The notes under the pieces are model-generated. The model was not told where the DNA came from and did no database searches. It was given only the letters and a program-made list of their open reading frames with translations. A stretch of 36,243 nt of DNA from a virus (taxonomy: Duplodnaviria > Caudoviricetes), in IMG/VR virus record IMGVR_UViG_3300048009_000223, positions 1 to 36,243 of that record, one strand, 5' to 3'. Below are positions 1-7,295 of the stretch, piece by piece (positions within the stretch are counted from its first letter, which is position 1; every line of letters begins with the position of its first letter). The translations under genes were made by a program, and so were the position numbers.

Positions 1-2
1 AT

Positions 3-263
3 CGCGACAGTCAATACCTAGGCAATGAAAAAGATGTTGTTGAAGGTGTTATTAAGATACTAGACAAGCGTTACAGCACACAGTGGGAGAGCTATAACTA
101 CACAGCAGTTATGGACGGCAACCTTTTGTCGTTTATGAACAAGTTCGAACACAACGTAGGTGACATGAAACGAATTAAGGCTAAAGTAAAAGCACAAGGC
201 AAGAACAAGTTGTTTAGTGCAAACGAAACACGTCTTAACTATGTTAAACTTTATAAGGTGTAA
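3..263 (+). CDS. 3' end of hypothetical phage protein (partial, runs off left edge)
   Basis: Open frame from position 3 (RDSQYLGNEKDVVEG...NETRLNYVKLYKV) to TAA at 261-263; not in the ORF track because its start lies outside the window. Confidence 0.75.
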   Translation, partial: RDSQYLGNEKDVVEGVIKILDKRYSTQWESYNYTAVMDGNLLSFMNKFEHNVGDMKRIKAKVKAQGKNKLFSANETRLNYVKLYKV

Positions 264-265
264 TT

Positions 266-412
266 ATGGGAACTTTAATTGGAATTATTTTATGTATCTT
301 TGGTGTAAAACTATGTTGGGAATCTACTCTAATACTTGATGCTAGAAAGAAAGCATATAAAGCAGGCACACACGATTACTACGGTAACCCTATTAACAAG
401 GAAGATCTATAA
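266..412 (+). CDS. small membrane protein, 48 aa
   Basis: Read by hand: MGTLIGIILCIFGVKLCWESTLILDARKKAYKAGTHDYYGNPINKEDL; fills the gap and its stop overlaps the next start (TAATG). Confidence 0.65.
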   Translation: MGTLIGIILCIFGVKLCWESTLILDARKKAYKAGTHDYYGNPINKEDL

Positions 413-630
413 TGGAATTTTTTACAGCAGATACTAGTTGGTTGTTTATAGCCTATGTGGTAGGTACTCTTGTTGGACTGTACTTTGGGTTTAACATGGC
501 TATCCGTAACCTGTCAGAAAGGATCGTTGATAGTCTTATTGAACAAAAAGTTATTATGACTAAAGGCCACGGAGACAACATGGAGATTGTCAAATACACT
601 GAGTGGTGCAATGATCAAAGTTCAAAATAA
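412..630 (+). CDS. hypothetical single-TM protein
   Basis: Hydrophobic N-terminal segment WLFIAYVVGTLVGLYFGF; coupled to neighbours. Confidence 0.7.
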   Translation: MEFFTADTSWLFIAYVVGTLVGLYFGFNMAIRNLSERIVDSLIEQKVIMTKGHGDNMEIVKYTEWCNDQSSK

Positions 631-1222
631 ACTACCTTACTACTTACATGTAGCATGTTCAGGTGGTGTTGATAGTATGGCCGCTTTAGACTTCTTGTCT
701 AACAACCATCATGCTAACATCTTATTCTTTGATCACGGAACAGAAACTAGCAAACAAGCATATAAGTTTATTGCTCGTTATGCAGGTGAAAACAAATTAG
801 GGTTTCTTTATGGTAAGCCTAGATGGGCTAAAGAAAAGAGAGAAAGTTGGGAGGAGTATTGGCGCAACGAACGATATCATTTCTTTCACAGTGTAGACGC
901 TCCTGTTGTAACAGCACATCATTTAGATGATTGTGTAGAAACTTGGATATGGAGTAGTATGCATGGAAAAGGGAAAGTTATTCCTTATCGCAATCGTAAT
1001 GTTGTGCGTCCTTTTCGCCTTACCCGCAAACGGGATTTAGAACTTTGGTGCAATCTTAGGAACGTACCATTTATTGAAGATGAGTCTAATGAAGATACAC
1101 GTTATATGCGTAATTACATTAGGCATGAAATGATGCCACATGCACTTCGTGTAAATCCTGGCATTCATAAAACTGTAATGAAGAAGGTACGTGATGAACA
1201 TACAACACCAATCGCTGTTTAA
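611..1222 (+). CDS. tilS: tRNA(Ile)-lysidine synthetase-like PP-loop ATPase (catalytic N-terminal domain only)
   Basis: SGGVDS PP-loop, ExxxRxxRY, TAHHLDDCVET, VRPF and EDESNxDxRYMRNYIRH are TilS motifs; no TtcA-type CxxC pairs. Start placed at ATG 611 rather than 587. Confidence 0.85.
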   Translation: MIKVQNKLPYYLHVACSGGVDSMAALDFLSNNHHANILFFDHGTETSKQAYKFIARYAGENKLGFLYGKPRWAKEKRESWEEYWRNERYHFFHSVDAPVVTAHHLDDCVETWIWSSMHGKGKVIPYRNRNVVRPFRLTRKRDLELWCNLRNVPFIEDESNEDTRYMRNYIRHEMMPHALRVNPGIHKTVMKKVRDEHTTPIAV

Positions 1223-1628
1223 TACAGCAAAAGTAGAAAAGATTTACTCAGAGAAAGATGGCGTACCAGTAACGTATGTTTGTACTACTGATCTGCAACA
1301 ATCTGATATGCCTATGGATGTGTTTTATCGTGAGACACCGCACCCAGAGTTTGGTAACAAATACTTTGGCCTTTTTAGAAATAGGTTAGATGAACTTATG
1401 ATTACTAGTGCTGATGTTGTAGAGTCACTTGAGTTCGGTATGATTAAACATGACGGTAAGTACTATTACAGTCAGTCACACCATGATTATAAAACTGTAG
1501 GTGATAAAATGATTGACGGTGGAAGAGCATATATTAAAAGTAGCGGCGGCGCTGTTGCTATGCGTATAAAAAATGGAAAATTTTATATTAAACAACTAGA
1601 GGATATAGTAGAACATTATGAGCGATGA
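1194..1628 (+). CDS. hypothetical phage protein
   Basis: ORF overlapping both neighbours; contains SQSHHDY...IDGGRAY. ATG 1194 is better spaced from AAGGT than GTG 1191. Confidence 0.7.
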   Translation: MNIQHQSLFNTAKVEKIYSEKDGVPVTYVCTTDLQQSDMPMDVFYRETPHPEFGNKYFGLFRNRLDELMITSADVVESLEFGMIKHDGKYYYSQSHHDYKTVGDKMIDGGRAYIKSSGGAVAMRIKNGKFYIKQLEDIVEHYER

Positions 1629-1839
1629 CAATTATATAGGTTTTGAAGATTCACTAGATGAAGATGATTACGGATTGATCATCTGTGGTAAAACAGGCAA
1701 CCTTAAAGGCTTGTTTATTCCTAGCGGAAAAGAAGATGCACTTGTACCTGAAACAATTACAGAAATTTGTTTAGGTGTATTTGGCATAGATCCAAATGAT
1801 GATGAGCTAGACGAAACAATAGGACAAACGATACACTAA
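1618..1839 (+). CDS. acidic hypothetical protein
   Basis: GAGGA upstream; TAATG coupling to the next gene. Confidence 0.7.
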   Translation: MSDDNYIGFEDSLDEDDYGLIICGKTGNLKGLFIPSGKEDALVPETITEICLGVFGIDPNDDELDETIGQTIH

Positions 1840-2069
1840 TGACTCCGCAAGAAATTTTTGAACACAAACAACGTTGGATGCCAGGCTACCCTGTAAAGCT
1901 ACACAGTGACCTACGATCTAAAGGAAAAGCCTGGTGTAAAAAATTAGACAAATGGGAATGGAATTTTAAGCAATATACTAACAACTACGAAGATACTTAT
2001 TATTTCGAAAATATATATGCGTCTCAAAATTTTGAGATGGAACATTCAAGGTGGGTGATACGTGGCTAA
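1839..2069 (+). CDS. hypothetical protein
   Basis: Coupled ORF in the operon. Confidence 0.7.
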   Translation: MTPQEIFEHKQRWMPGYPVKLHSDLRSKGKAWCKKLDKWEWNFKQYTNNYEDTYYFENIYASQNFEMEHSRWVIRG

Positions 2070-2238
2070 GAAAGCACCAAAGATAGGAGACAAAGTCGAA
2101 CACACTTGTACGTTAAATGGAACGTTTCAAGGTGTTGTAATCGAAGTGTTGTCGACACAATTTATATACAAGACCGCAGATGGTCATGATCGATTTTGTT
2201 TGTTTAGAGAGATATGGAAGAAACTAGATGAAAGTTAA
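2062..2238 (+). CDS. small beta-rich (SH3-like?) hypothetical protein, 58 aa
   Basis: Read by hand from GTG: MAKKAPKIGDKVEHTCTLNGTFQGVVIEVLSTQFIYKTADGHDRFCLFREIWKKLDES; AAGGTGGGTG upstream; bridges the gap. Confidence 0.65.
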   Translation: MAKKAPKIGDKVEHTCTLNGTFQGVVIEVLSTQFIYKTADGHDRFCLFREIWKKLDES

Positions 2239-2773
2239 AGTAGGAAAATATCCTAGTAGACTAATGTGTAACATACACAGTAACTTTATGAATACAAAGT
2301 ATGATTACAACTGGCCTGAAGAAATGTTTTGGAGCCACGAAGACTTTGTGATTCAAGCAATTGACGATGGAATACAAAAGGTATACGATGTATTCAACTG
2401 GTTATGGTTTGACAGACGCACACAAAAAGTTAGCATACGTATAGACAAACACGATACTTGGAGTATGGATCATACTCTTGCTCCTATTATACTTCCTATG
2501 CTTATACAACTAAAAGAAACTAATCACGGCTATCCTGCTAACTTAGAAGAACACGAGTGGGATAATATTATGGATGAAATGATTTGGGCGTTTGAGCAAA
2601 AGTGCAGAGATCATTGGGAAGAAGATTATTACGGTCCTTACATAGATGGTGAAGATGGAGTCTTCAGCGGACACTTTGAATGGACAGACAACGAAGGCAG
2701 AATGAAACATCAAGAACGAATGACAAACGGATTTAAGTTATTTGGCGAATACTATGAAAACCTCTGGGATTGA
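2228..2773 (+). CDS. hypothetical phage protein
   Basis: 181 aa with DTWSMDHTLAPIILPMLxQLK and GFKLFGEYYENLWD, a pattern I associate with large myovirus hypotheticals. Confidence 0.75.
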   Translation: MKVKVGKYPSRLMCNIHSNFMNTKYDYNWPEEMFWSHEDFVIQAIDDGIQKVYDVFNWLWFDRRTQKVSIRIDKHDTWSMDHTLAPIILPMLIQLKETNHGYPANLEEHEWDNIMDEMIWAFEQKCRDHWEEDYYGPYIDGEDGVFSGHFEWTDNEGRMKHQERMTNGFKLFGEYYENLWD

Positions 2774-3164
2774 ATTAAACGATTTGGACGATACTACAAC
2801 ACAAGAAACATACAAGGAAGTCTCTTCTGAAAGTAGAGCTCGTAACCTTGCGATGGAATTGTCTAAAGAGAAGAAACGTTTAAAACGAGAACTTGCAGAA
2901 CTACAACAGGAGAATGAAGAACTTACTCCTACAACTCCAACAGGCACACCTGACTGGTACGTTAAGTGGTTTAGTATGGTAGCGGCTGTAATAGGTGTGT
3001 TTTCTTTAAGTGCAGGCTTTACAATGTTTGGACAAGTAGCATATGTACTCAGTAGTTGTGGTTGGGTATATGTAGGAATGGCTTGGGGAGATAGAGCAAT
3101 TATGATAGGTAGTGCTATAAGCGGAACAGCAGTAATGATGAACATAGTAACGAGTTTAACATGA
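2754..3164 (+). CDS. coiled-coil plus 3-TM membrane protein
   Basis: Coiled coil ELSKEKKRLKRELAELQQE followed by three hydrophobic helices (DWYVKW...GWVYVGMAWGDRAIMI). Confidence 0.7.
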   Translation: MKTSGIELNDLDDTTTQETYKEVSSESRARNLAMELSKEKKRLKRELAELQQENEELTPTTPTGTPDWYVKWFSMVAAVIGVFSLSAGFTMFGQVAYVLSSCGWVYVGMAWGDRAIMIGSAISGTAVMMNIVTSLT

Positions 3165-3502
3165 CTGAGTCTGCAGATCCTATGATGGGCTTACTTGCAT
3201 TGCTTCTAGTAATTGGAGTACCATCTCTGATCTTTTGGTGGCTGGGTTGGTTTAAACGTGATAGTGTAATGATGTCAGCAGAGAAAACAGACTTTGGTCC
3301 AGATAAACCAAAAGAAATGATGAGTGCAGAAGGCATATTTTACATCCTATGGAACTGGAAAAGTTATGCGGCAAAGACAGTATGGATAGGTGCAATACCA
3401 TTTGTTTGGTACTTGGATGGATTTGGTGCTGCATTTGGATGGTTCTTCTTTGGTGGCATATTAGTATTAATGGGCAAGTTTTGGGAGTTATTTAAACGAT
3501 GA
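3161..3502 (+). CDS. membrane protein
   Basis: Three hydrophobic stretches; overlapping start/stop coupling at both ends. Confidence 0.7.
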   Translation: MTESADPMMGLLALLLVIGVPSLIFWWLGWFKRDSVMMSAEKTDFGPDKPKEMMSAEGIFYILWNWKSYAAKTVWIGAIPFVWYLDGFGAAFGWFFFGGILVLMGKFWELFKR

Positions 3503-3654
3503 AAAAATTAGCAGAATATTTAGACATATGTAAAAAGCATTGGAAGGAGATCTTTGCTCTTTCTTTTGCATTACATTTTATAATGGATTTACTAGTAATA
3601 GGACCTTTATTCTTTTTACTAGGATACTTTTTTGGAATAGAGGCACATCACTAA
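3499..3654 (+). CDS. small membrane protein, 51 aa
   Basis: Read by hand: MKKLAEYLDICKKHWKEIFALSFALHFIMDLLVIGPLFFLLGYFFGIEAHH; ATGA and TAATG overlaps; GGGAG upstream. Confidence 0.7.
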   Translation: MKKLAEYLDICKKHWKEIFALSFALHFIMDLLVIGPLFFLLGYFFGIEAHH

Positions 3655-3896
3655 TGACAGATATGTTTGAGGTAGACGACGAAGCAATACGTAACTTAGT
3701 AATACTTGCTAAAGAAGGTGAAGCAATGGACCCTATAGATTGGGGCGAATTATCAGTAACAGAAGACCAAGCCTATATAATGATGGCAACTCATGTACTG
3801 GAAATGGAAAGAAATCACTTGACAGATGGCGCAATTATTGTTAAACTATTAGTTGAGAACTTTGTATTAAACTGTAAACTAATGGGAATAAAATGA
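3654..3896 (+). CDS. hypothetical protein
   Basis: True start likely ATG 3654 (GAGG upstream, TAATG coupling), not TTG 3540. Confidence 0.7.
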   Translation: MTDMFEVDDEAIRNLVILAKEGEAMDPIDWGELSVTEDQAYIMMATHVLEMERNHLTDGAIIVKLLVENFVLNCKLMGIK

Positions 3897-4117
3897 GTAA
3901 AATATACGAAAAGACAGCAATATTGATAAACACACGGAATGACCAAGAGGTTGAGTGCGAAGTTGATAATGTTAGAGAAAAAGAATCGTTAGATGCTTTT
4001 ATAGCAGGTAACAAAATACACATGCGTTGGAATGGCAGAATCTTTGTAGGTAATGCCCACGGAATGGAGTTTACTTCCTCAGGACCAGTAGGACGCGAAA
4101 TTAAAGGGAGATACTAA
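3893..4117 (+). CDS. hypothetical protein
   Basis: Coupled ORF. Confidence 0.7.
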   Translation: MSKIYEKTAILINTRNDQEVECEVDNVREKESLDAFIAGNKIHMRWNGRIFVGNAHGMEFTSSGPVGREIKGRY

Positions 4118-4329
4118 TGAGTAAACAGAAAGTAGAAGTGATGGATGGACCATTTAGCACGGCGCTAGTCGAAGACACCGAAGGTGTACTTTATAGAGAA
4201 ATTAAAACAGTACGGGTTAAGTCAGATGGTATGTTAACAGAGTATATCACAAGACGTGAATACCGTACAGACGGTGACTATAATGACACTTCATTAAGTC
4301 GTCCACTAATTAAAGTATCAGGAGAATAA
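4117..4329 (+). CDS. hypothetical protein
   Basis: GGGAG RBS, TAATG coupling. Confidence 0.7.
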   Translation: MSKQKVEVMDGPFSTALVEDTEGVLYREIKTVRVKSDGMLTEYITRREYRTDGDYNDTSLSRPLIKVSGE

Positions 4330-4330
4330 T

Positions 4331-4948
4331 ATGCCTTTGATTCCTATGGTTGTTGAACAAGAAAGCAGAGGAGAGCGTTCATACGATATCTACTCACGTT
4401 TGATGAAAGACCGTATCATTATGTTAAATGGTCCAGTCGAAGATAACATGGCTAATCTTGTTGTAGCACAAATGTTATATTTGGAAAGTGAAAATCCAGA
4501 TAAAACAATTAACTTGTATATTAACTCACCAGGTGGTGCTGTAACAGCAGGACTTGCTATCTATGACACAATGCAATTCATCAAGTGTGATGTAAAAACT
4601 ATTGTGATGGGTCAAGCATGTTCAATGGGCTCTTTCTTAGCACAAGCAGGAACAGCAGGCAAACGTATTGTGTTGCCCGAGTCACGTACAATGATTCACA
4701 GAGTAAGTTCAGGTACACCAGGTACAAGTGGTTCAGTGCATATTCAAGAACTACAGATTGAGGATATCAATCGACACTACGAAGAGTCGCAGAAAGTTAA
4801 CAAGCGTCTAACTGAATTGTATGTTAAGCATAACTCAGCAGGCAAAACGTATGAAGAACTGTTTGACACTATGAAGTTTGACACGTTCTTAACAGCACAA
4901 GAAGCAGTTGAAAACGGCTTCGCTGATAAAGTAGTGGAGAGTAGATAA
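4331..4948 (+). CDS. clpP: ATP-dependent Clp protease proteolytic subunit
   Basis: [39 protein letters not shown], catalytic Ser in GQACSMGS, His in MIHR, Asp in [10 protein letters not shown]; AGGAG RBS. Confidence 0.97.
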   Translation: MPLIPMVVEQESRGERSYDIYSRLMKDRIIMLNGPVEDNMANLVVAQMLYLESENPDKTINLYINSPGGAVTAGLAIYDTMQFIKCDVKTIVMGQACSMGSFLAQAGTAGKRIVLPESRTMIHRVSSGTPGTSGSVHIQELQIEDINRHYEESQKVNKRLTELYVKHNSAGKTYEELFDTMKFDTFLTAQEAVENGFADKVVESR

Positions 4949-5112
4949 TGGCTGAACCAGTAGATGTAAGTAAGAAGCACTTTTATATAAGTCTTGTTAA
5001 AAGTGCAACACGTATCGCAGGATGCACTGTTGCTCTAATTACAGGTGCTTGGGGCTACATGGCCCTAGGGTTGCTTTTTGCTGAAGTATTAGGTATTGCG
5101 GAGGAACTATGA
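4948..5112 (+). CDS. small membrane protein, 54 aa
   Basis: Read by hand: [54 protein letters not shown]; coupled at both ends. Confidence 0.7.
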   Translation: MAEPVDVSKKHFYISLVKSATRIAGCTVALITGAWGYMALGLLFAEVLGIAEEL

Positions 5113-5429
5113 GTGCCGCGGCAATGCGAGTAGACGAGCTCAAACAATTCGTCGCTGATAAGAAAGGTATTCCTACAGAGGAAGATCTAAATAAAACTCT
5201 TAGAGAAACAACACTTGTTGTAACATTTAACAAACTTGATGGTGCCGAAAGAGTAATGACATGTACGAAGTCGTTTGATGTCATTCCAGAAGCCAATCAT
5301 CCAAAGTCAGACAAGCCTAGTAAAGAAGGCAATGTTACTGTATGGGACGTTAATGCAAATGGGTGGAGAAGTTTTAAGTATGAAAGAGTAACTAAAGTAG
5401 AAAAAGTGGTTGACACTAAAGAAGGTTGA
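5109..5429 (+). CDS. Sm-like/SH3 beta-barrel (WYL_2/DUF2693-like) protein
   Basis: VVTFNKLDGAERVMTCT...VWDVNANGWRSFK fits the F-x-K-x-DG...R...T...D...WRSF pattern of this phage family. Confidence 0.75.
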   Translation: MSAAAMRVDELKQFVADKKGIPTEEDLNKTLRETTLVVTFNKLDGAERVMTCTKSFDVIPEANHPKSDKPSKEGNVTVWDVNANGWRSFKYERVTKVEKVVDTKEG

Positions 5430-5438
5430 CTGTATATT
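5410..5438 (+). promoter_or_regulatory. sigma70-type promoter for the tRNA cluster
   Basis: TTGACA(5410)-17 bp-TATATT(5433), 9 bp before tRNA-Trp. Confidence 0.8.
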
Positions 5439-5447
5439 AGTTACATT

Positions 5448-5521
5448 GGGTGTGAAGTGTTATGGTAGCACGGCGGTCTCCAAAACCGCAAGCTGAGGTT
5501 CGACTCCTTACACGCCTGCCA
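5448..5521 (+). tRNA. tRNA-Trp (CCA)
   Basis: Acceptor GGGTGTG/CACGCCT, anticodon arm GCGGT-CTCCAAA-ACCGC, T-arm TGAGG-TTCGACT-CCTTA, encoded CCA end. Confidence 0.92.
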
Positions 5522-5529
5522 AATAATTT

Positions 5530-5604
5530 GGCCCGTTCGTCTAGTGGTTAGGACACATGGTTTTCATCCATGCAACAGGAGTTCGATTCTCCTACGGGCT
5601 ACCA
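5530..5604 (+). tRNA. tRNA-Glu (TTC)
   Basis: Acceptor GGCCCGT/ACGGGCT, anticodon arm CATGG-TTTTCAT-CCATG, T-arm AGGAG-TTCGATT-CTCCT, CCA end. Confidence 0.95.
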
Positions 5605-5607
5605 AGT

Positions 5608-5668
5608 TAAGTATACTCTGCATACAGTATAGCTGATGCAACAGGCTGATAAACTGGGAGTATACTTA
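5608..5668 (+). ncRNA. candidate small structured RNA between tRNA-Glu and tRNA-Ser
   Basis: Perfect 11-bp closing stem TAAGTATACTC/GAGTATACTTA enclosing further pairable segments. Confidence 0.45.
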
Positions 5669-5674
5669 TTAAAC

Positions 5675-5764
5675 GGAGAGTTGGCTGAGTGGTCGAAAGC
5701 ACACCCCTGCTAAGGGTGCATACGTGGAAGCGTATCGAGGGTTCGAATCCCTCACTCTCCGCCA
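5675..5764 (+). tRNA. tRNA-Ser (GCT)
   Basis: Acceptor GGAGAGT/ACTCTCC, anticodon arm CACCC-CTGCTAA-GGGTG, long variable arm, G73 and CCA. Confidence 0.95.
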
Positions 5765-5798
5765 CAACAGAAAGGAAAACACACACAAGGAATAAATT

Positions 5799-6119
5799 AT
5801 GAAAAAATTAGCAATCGCATTAGTTCTACTAGCAAGTACAGCAAATGCAACAGCAGATGATAGATTTGAATCTATCCAAAGAGTTTGGCCTACCTGTGCA
5901 TCATGTCACGGAGCACAAGGTCAAGGAATGGGCGGCATGCCCGCACTAGCAGGTAAAGATGCCGACTACATTATTAACGCATTACTTCAGTACAAAAACA
6001 AAGAACAACGTGGTCCATTAAGTGCATTAATGTGGCAACAAGCATCTATGTTGACTGAAGCTCAAATTGGTACTATTGGCGTTTATATTCAAGAAACGCT
6101 TGACACACCGGCCAATTGA
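5799..6119 (+). CDS. exported class I c-type cytochrome (c553/c4-like, monoheme)
   Basis: Sec signal MKKLAIALVLLASTANATA, heme motif CASCH, HGxxGxG, PALAGKDADYIxxALxxYK, probable axial Met in ALMWQQASML. Confidence 0.9.
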   Translation: MKKLAIALVLLASTANATADDRFESIQRVWPTCASCHGAQGQGMGGMPALAGKDADYIINALLQYKNKEQRGPLSALMWQQASMLTEAQIGTIGVYIQETLDTPAN

Positions 6120-6128
6120 TAGTATAAT
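6100..6128 (+). promoter_or_regulatory. sigma70 consensus promoter
   Basis: TTGACA(6100)-17 bp-TATAAT(6123). Confidence 0.85.
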
Positions 6129-6156
6129 ATACTTTTTAAACACACTCGGAGAAGTT

Positions 6157-6531
6157 ATGTTAGACATACAAGGTATTACCCAAGATAGAATTGAAAAGAT
6201 GAAAGAGGATATCGATAATCCTTATAGAGTAAACGGTTTCAACGGAACATGGGCGTTTTCGGATCATCGTAAAATTCCTGAAGTATTGCTAGGTTTTCTA
6301 CAACACCATTTCGGACAGTACAGAGTCAGACGTATTCCGTTGGATAAGATCAACGAAGTAATGAATGACATTTGGGAAGGACCAGGTAGTCTTGAAAAAG
6401 TACTAAATGCAGAGCTTGAAATGAAACAGTCCGGCAAAGACGTAAAGTTCACAGCCGCTGACATTGCAGCAACCAAAGCGACTGGAGATGAAGACGATTC
6501 ACTTCCTGTTGCAGACGCAAATAATAATTGA
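6157..6531 (+). CDS. hypothetical protein with acidic tail
   Basis: Start moved to ATG 6157 (GGAG RBS, downstream of its own promoter). Confidence 0.7.
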   Translation: MLDIQGITQDRIEKMKEDIDNPYRVNGFNGTWAFSDHRKIPEVLLGFLQHHFGQYRVRRIPLDKINEVMNDIWEGPGSLEKVLNAELEMKQSGKDVKFTAADIAATKATGDEDDSLPVADANNN

Positions 6532-6544
6532 TAATTAATTATAC

Positions 6545-6620
6545 GCTCGGATAGCTCAGTTGGTAGAGCAGGGGTTTTGTAAACCTCAGGTCGTAGGTTC
6601 GAATCCTATTCCGAGCTCCA
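6545..6620 (+). tRNA. tRNA-Thr (TGT)
   Basis: Acceptor GCTCGGA/TCCGAGC, anticodon arm GGGGT-TTTGTAA-ACCTC, GTTCGAATC T-loop, CCA end. Confidence 0.95.
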
Positions 6621-6630
6621 TTTTTAGTGT

Positions 6631-6706
6631 GGGGCCGTAGCTCAGTAGGGAGAGCGATTGGTTTGCAACCAATAGGTCGTGGGTTCGATCCCCTCCGGCT
6701 CCACCA
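6631..6706 (+). tRNA. tRNA-Ala (TGC)
   Basis: Acceptor GGGGCCG/CGGCTCC with the G3:U70 Ala identity pair, anticodon arm ATTGG-TTTGCAA-CCAAT, ACCA end. Confidence 0.96.
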
Positions 6707-6724
6707 TTTTTCTTCCAAAACCGG

Positions 6725-6753
6725 TTGACAAGACTCTATTTCTTTGCTATAAT
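6725..6753 (+). promoter_or_regulatory. sigma70 consensus promoter with extended -10
   Basis: TTGACA(6725)-17 bp-TATAAT(6748), preceded by TGn. Confidence 0.9.
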
Positions 6754-6788
6754 ATATACATAAATTAGGCAAACAAATAGAGGCATAT

Positions 6789-7295
6789 ATGACATTAGTT
6801 GACAAAGCAAAGTTGTACGCTACAGCGGCACACGGTGCTATTGGACAAATCCGTAAATACACCGGCGAACCTTACGTAACACACCCTATCAGAGTAATGA
6901 ATCTTGTAAGCACAGTTGTGCAAGACGAGAAAGTGTTGGCGGCGGCATTATTACACGATGTCATAGAAGATACTCAAATTACTAAAGAAGACATTGCTAT
7001 GGCCTTTGGCGTAGATGTTGCTGACATGGTTGTTGCGTTAAGTGATCCACCAAAAGTAGAAGGTGGTCCAAATCGTAAAACACGTAAAGCACAAGACCGT
7101 GAAAGGTTAGCAAAAGCACCAGCTGATGTACAAACTGTAAAAGTAGCAGACATGATTGACAACACTGAAAGTATTGTTGCACATGATCCTAAGTTTGCAA
7201 AATTGTACTTAGAAGAAAAGCGTTTGTTGTTAGAAGTATTAACAAGTGCAGATCCTAAGTTGGTTGCAATAGCAAAGAACCAGGTGAAGAAATGA
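6789..7295 (+). CDS. HD-domain RelA/SpoT-type hydrolase (small alarmone hydrolase / Mesh1-like)
   Basis: AHxxxxQxRKYTGEPYVTHP, AALLHDVIEDT, FGxDVADMV, VKVADMIDN; no synthetase domain. Confidence 0.88.
   Translation: MTLVDKAKLYATAAHGAIGQIRKYTGEPYVTHPIRVMNLVSTVVQDEKVLAAALLHDVIEDTQITKEDIAMAFGVDVADMVVALSDPPKVEGGPNRKTRKAQDRERLAKAPADVQTVKVADMIDNTESIVAHDPKFAKLYLEEKRLLLEVLTSADPKLVAIAKNQVKK

Noticed and set aside
3268-3330. Repeated MMSAE peptide in the 3161-3502 protein
   Set aside because: Only five residues with different codons; too short to infer duplication or gene fusion.
5556-5572. TTTTCAT loop read as a CAT anticodon (tRNA-Met/Ile2 partner for TilS)
   Set aside because: With the stem CATGG/CCATG the 7-nt loop centres on TTC, and the body is Glu-type.
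5608-5668. Hammerhead ribozyme, suggested by CTGATG in a three-way junction
   Set aside because: Lacks the full CUGANGA and the GAAA core; kept only as an unclassified structured RNA.
6539-6862. 107-aa minus-strand ORF
   Set aside because: Antisense shadow of tRNA-Thr, tRNA-Ala and a promoter.
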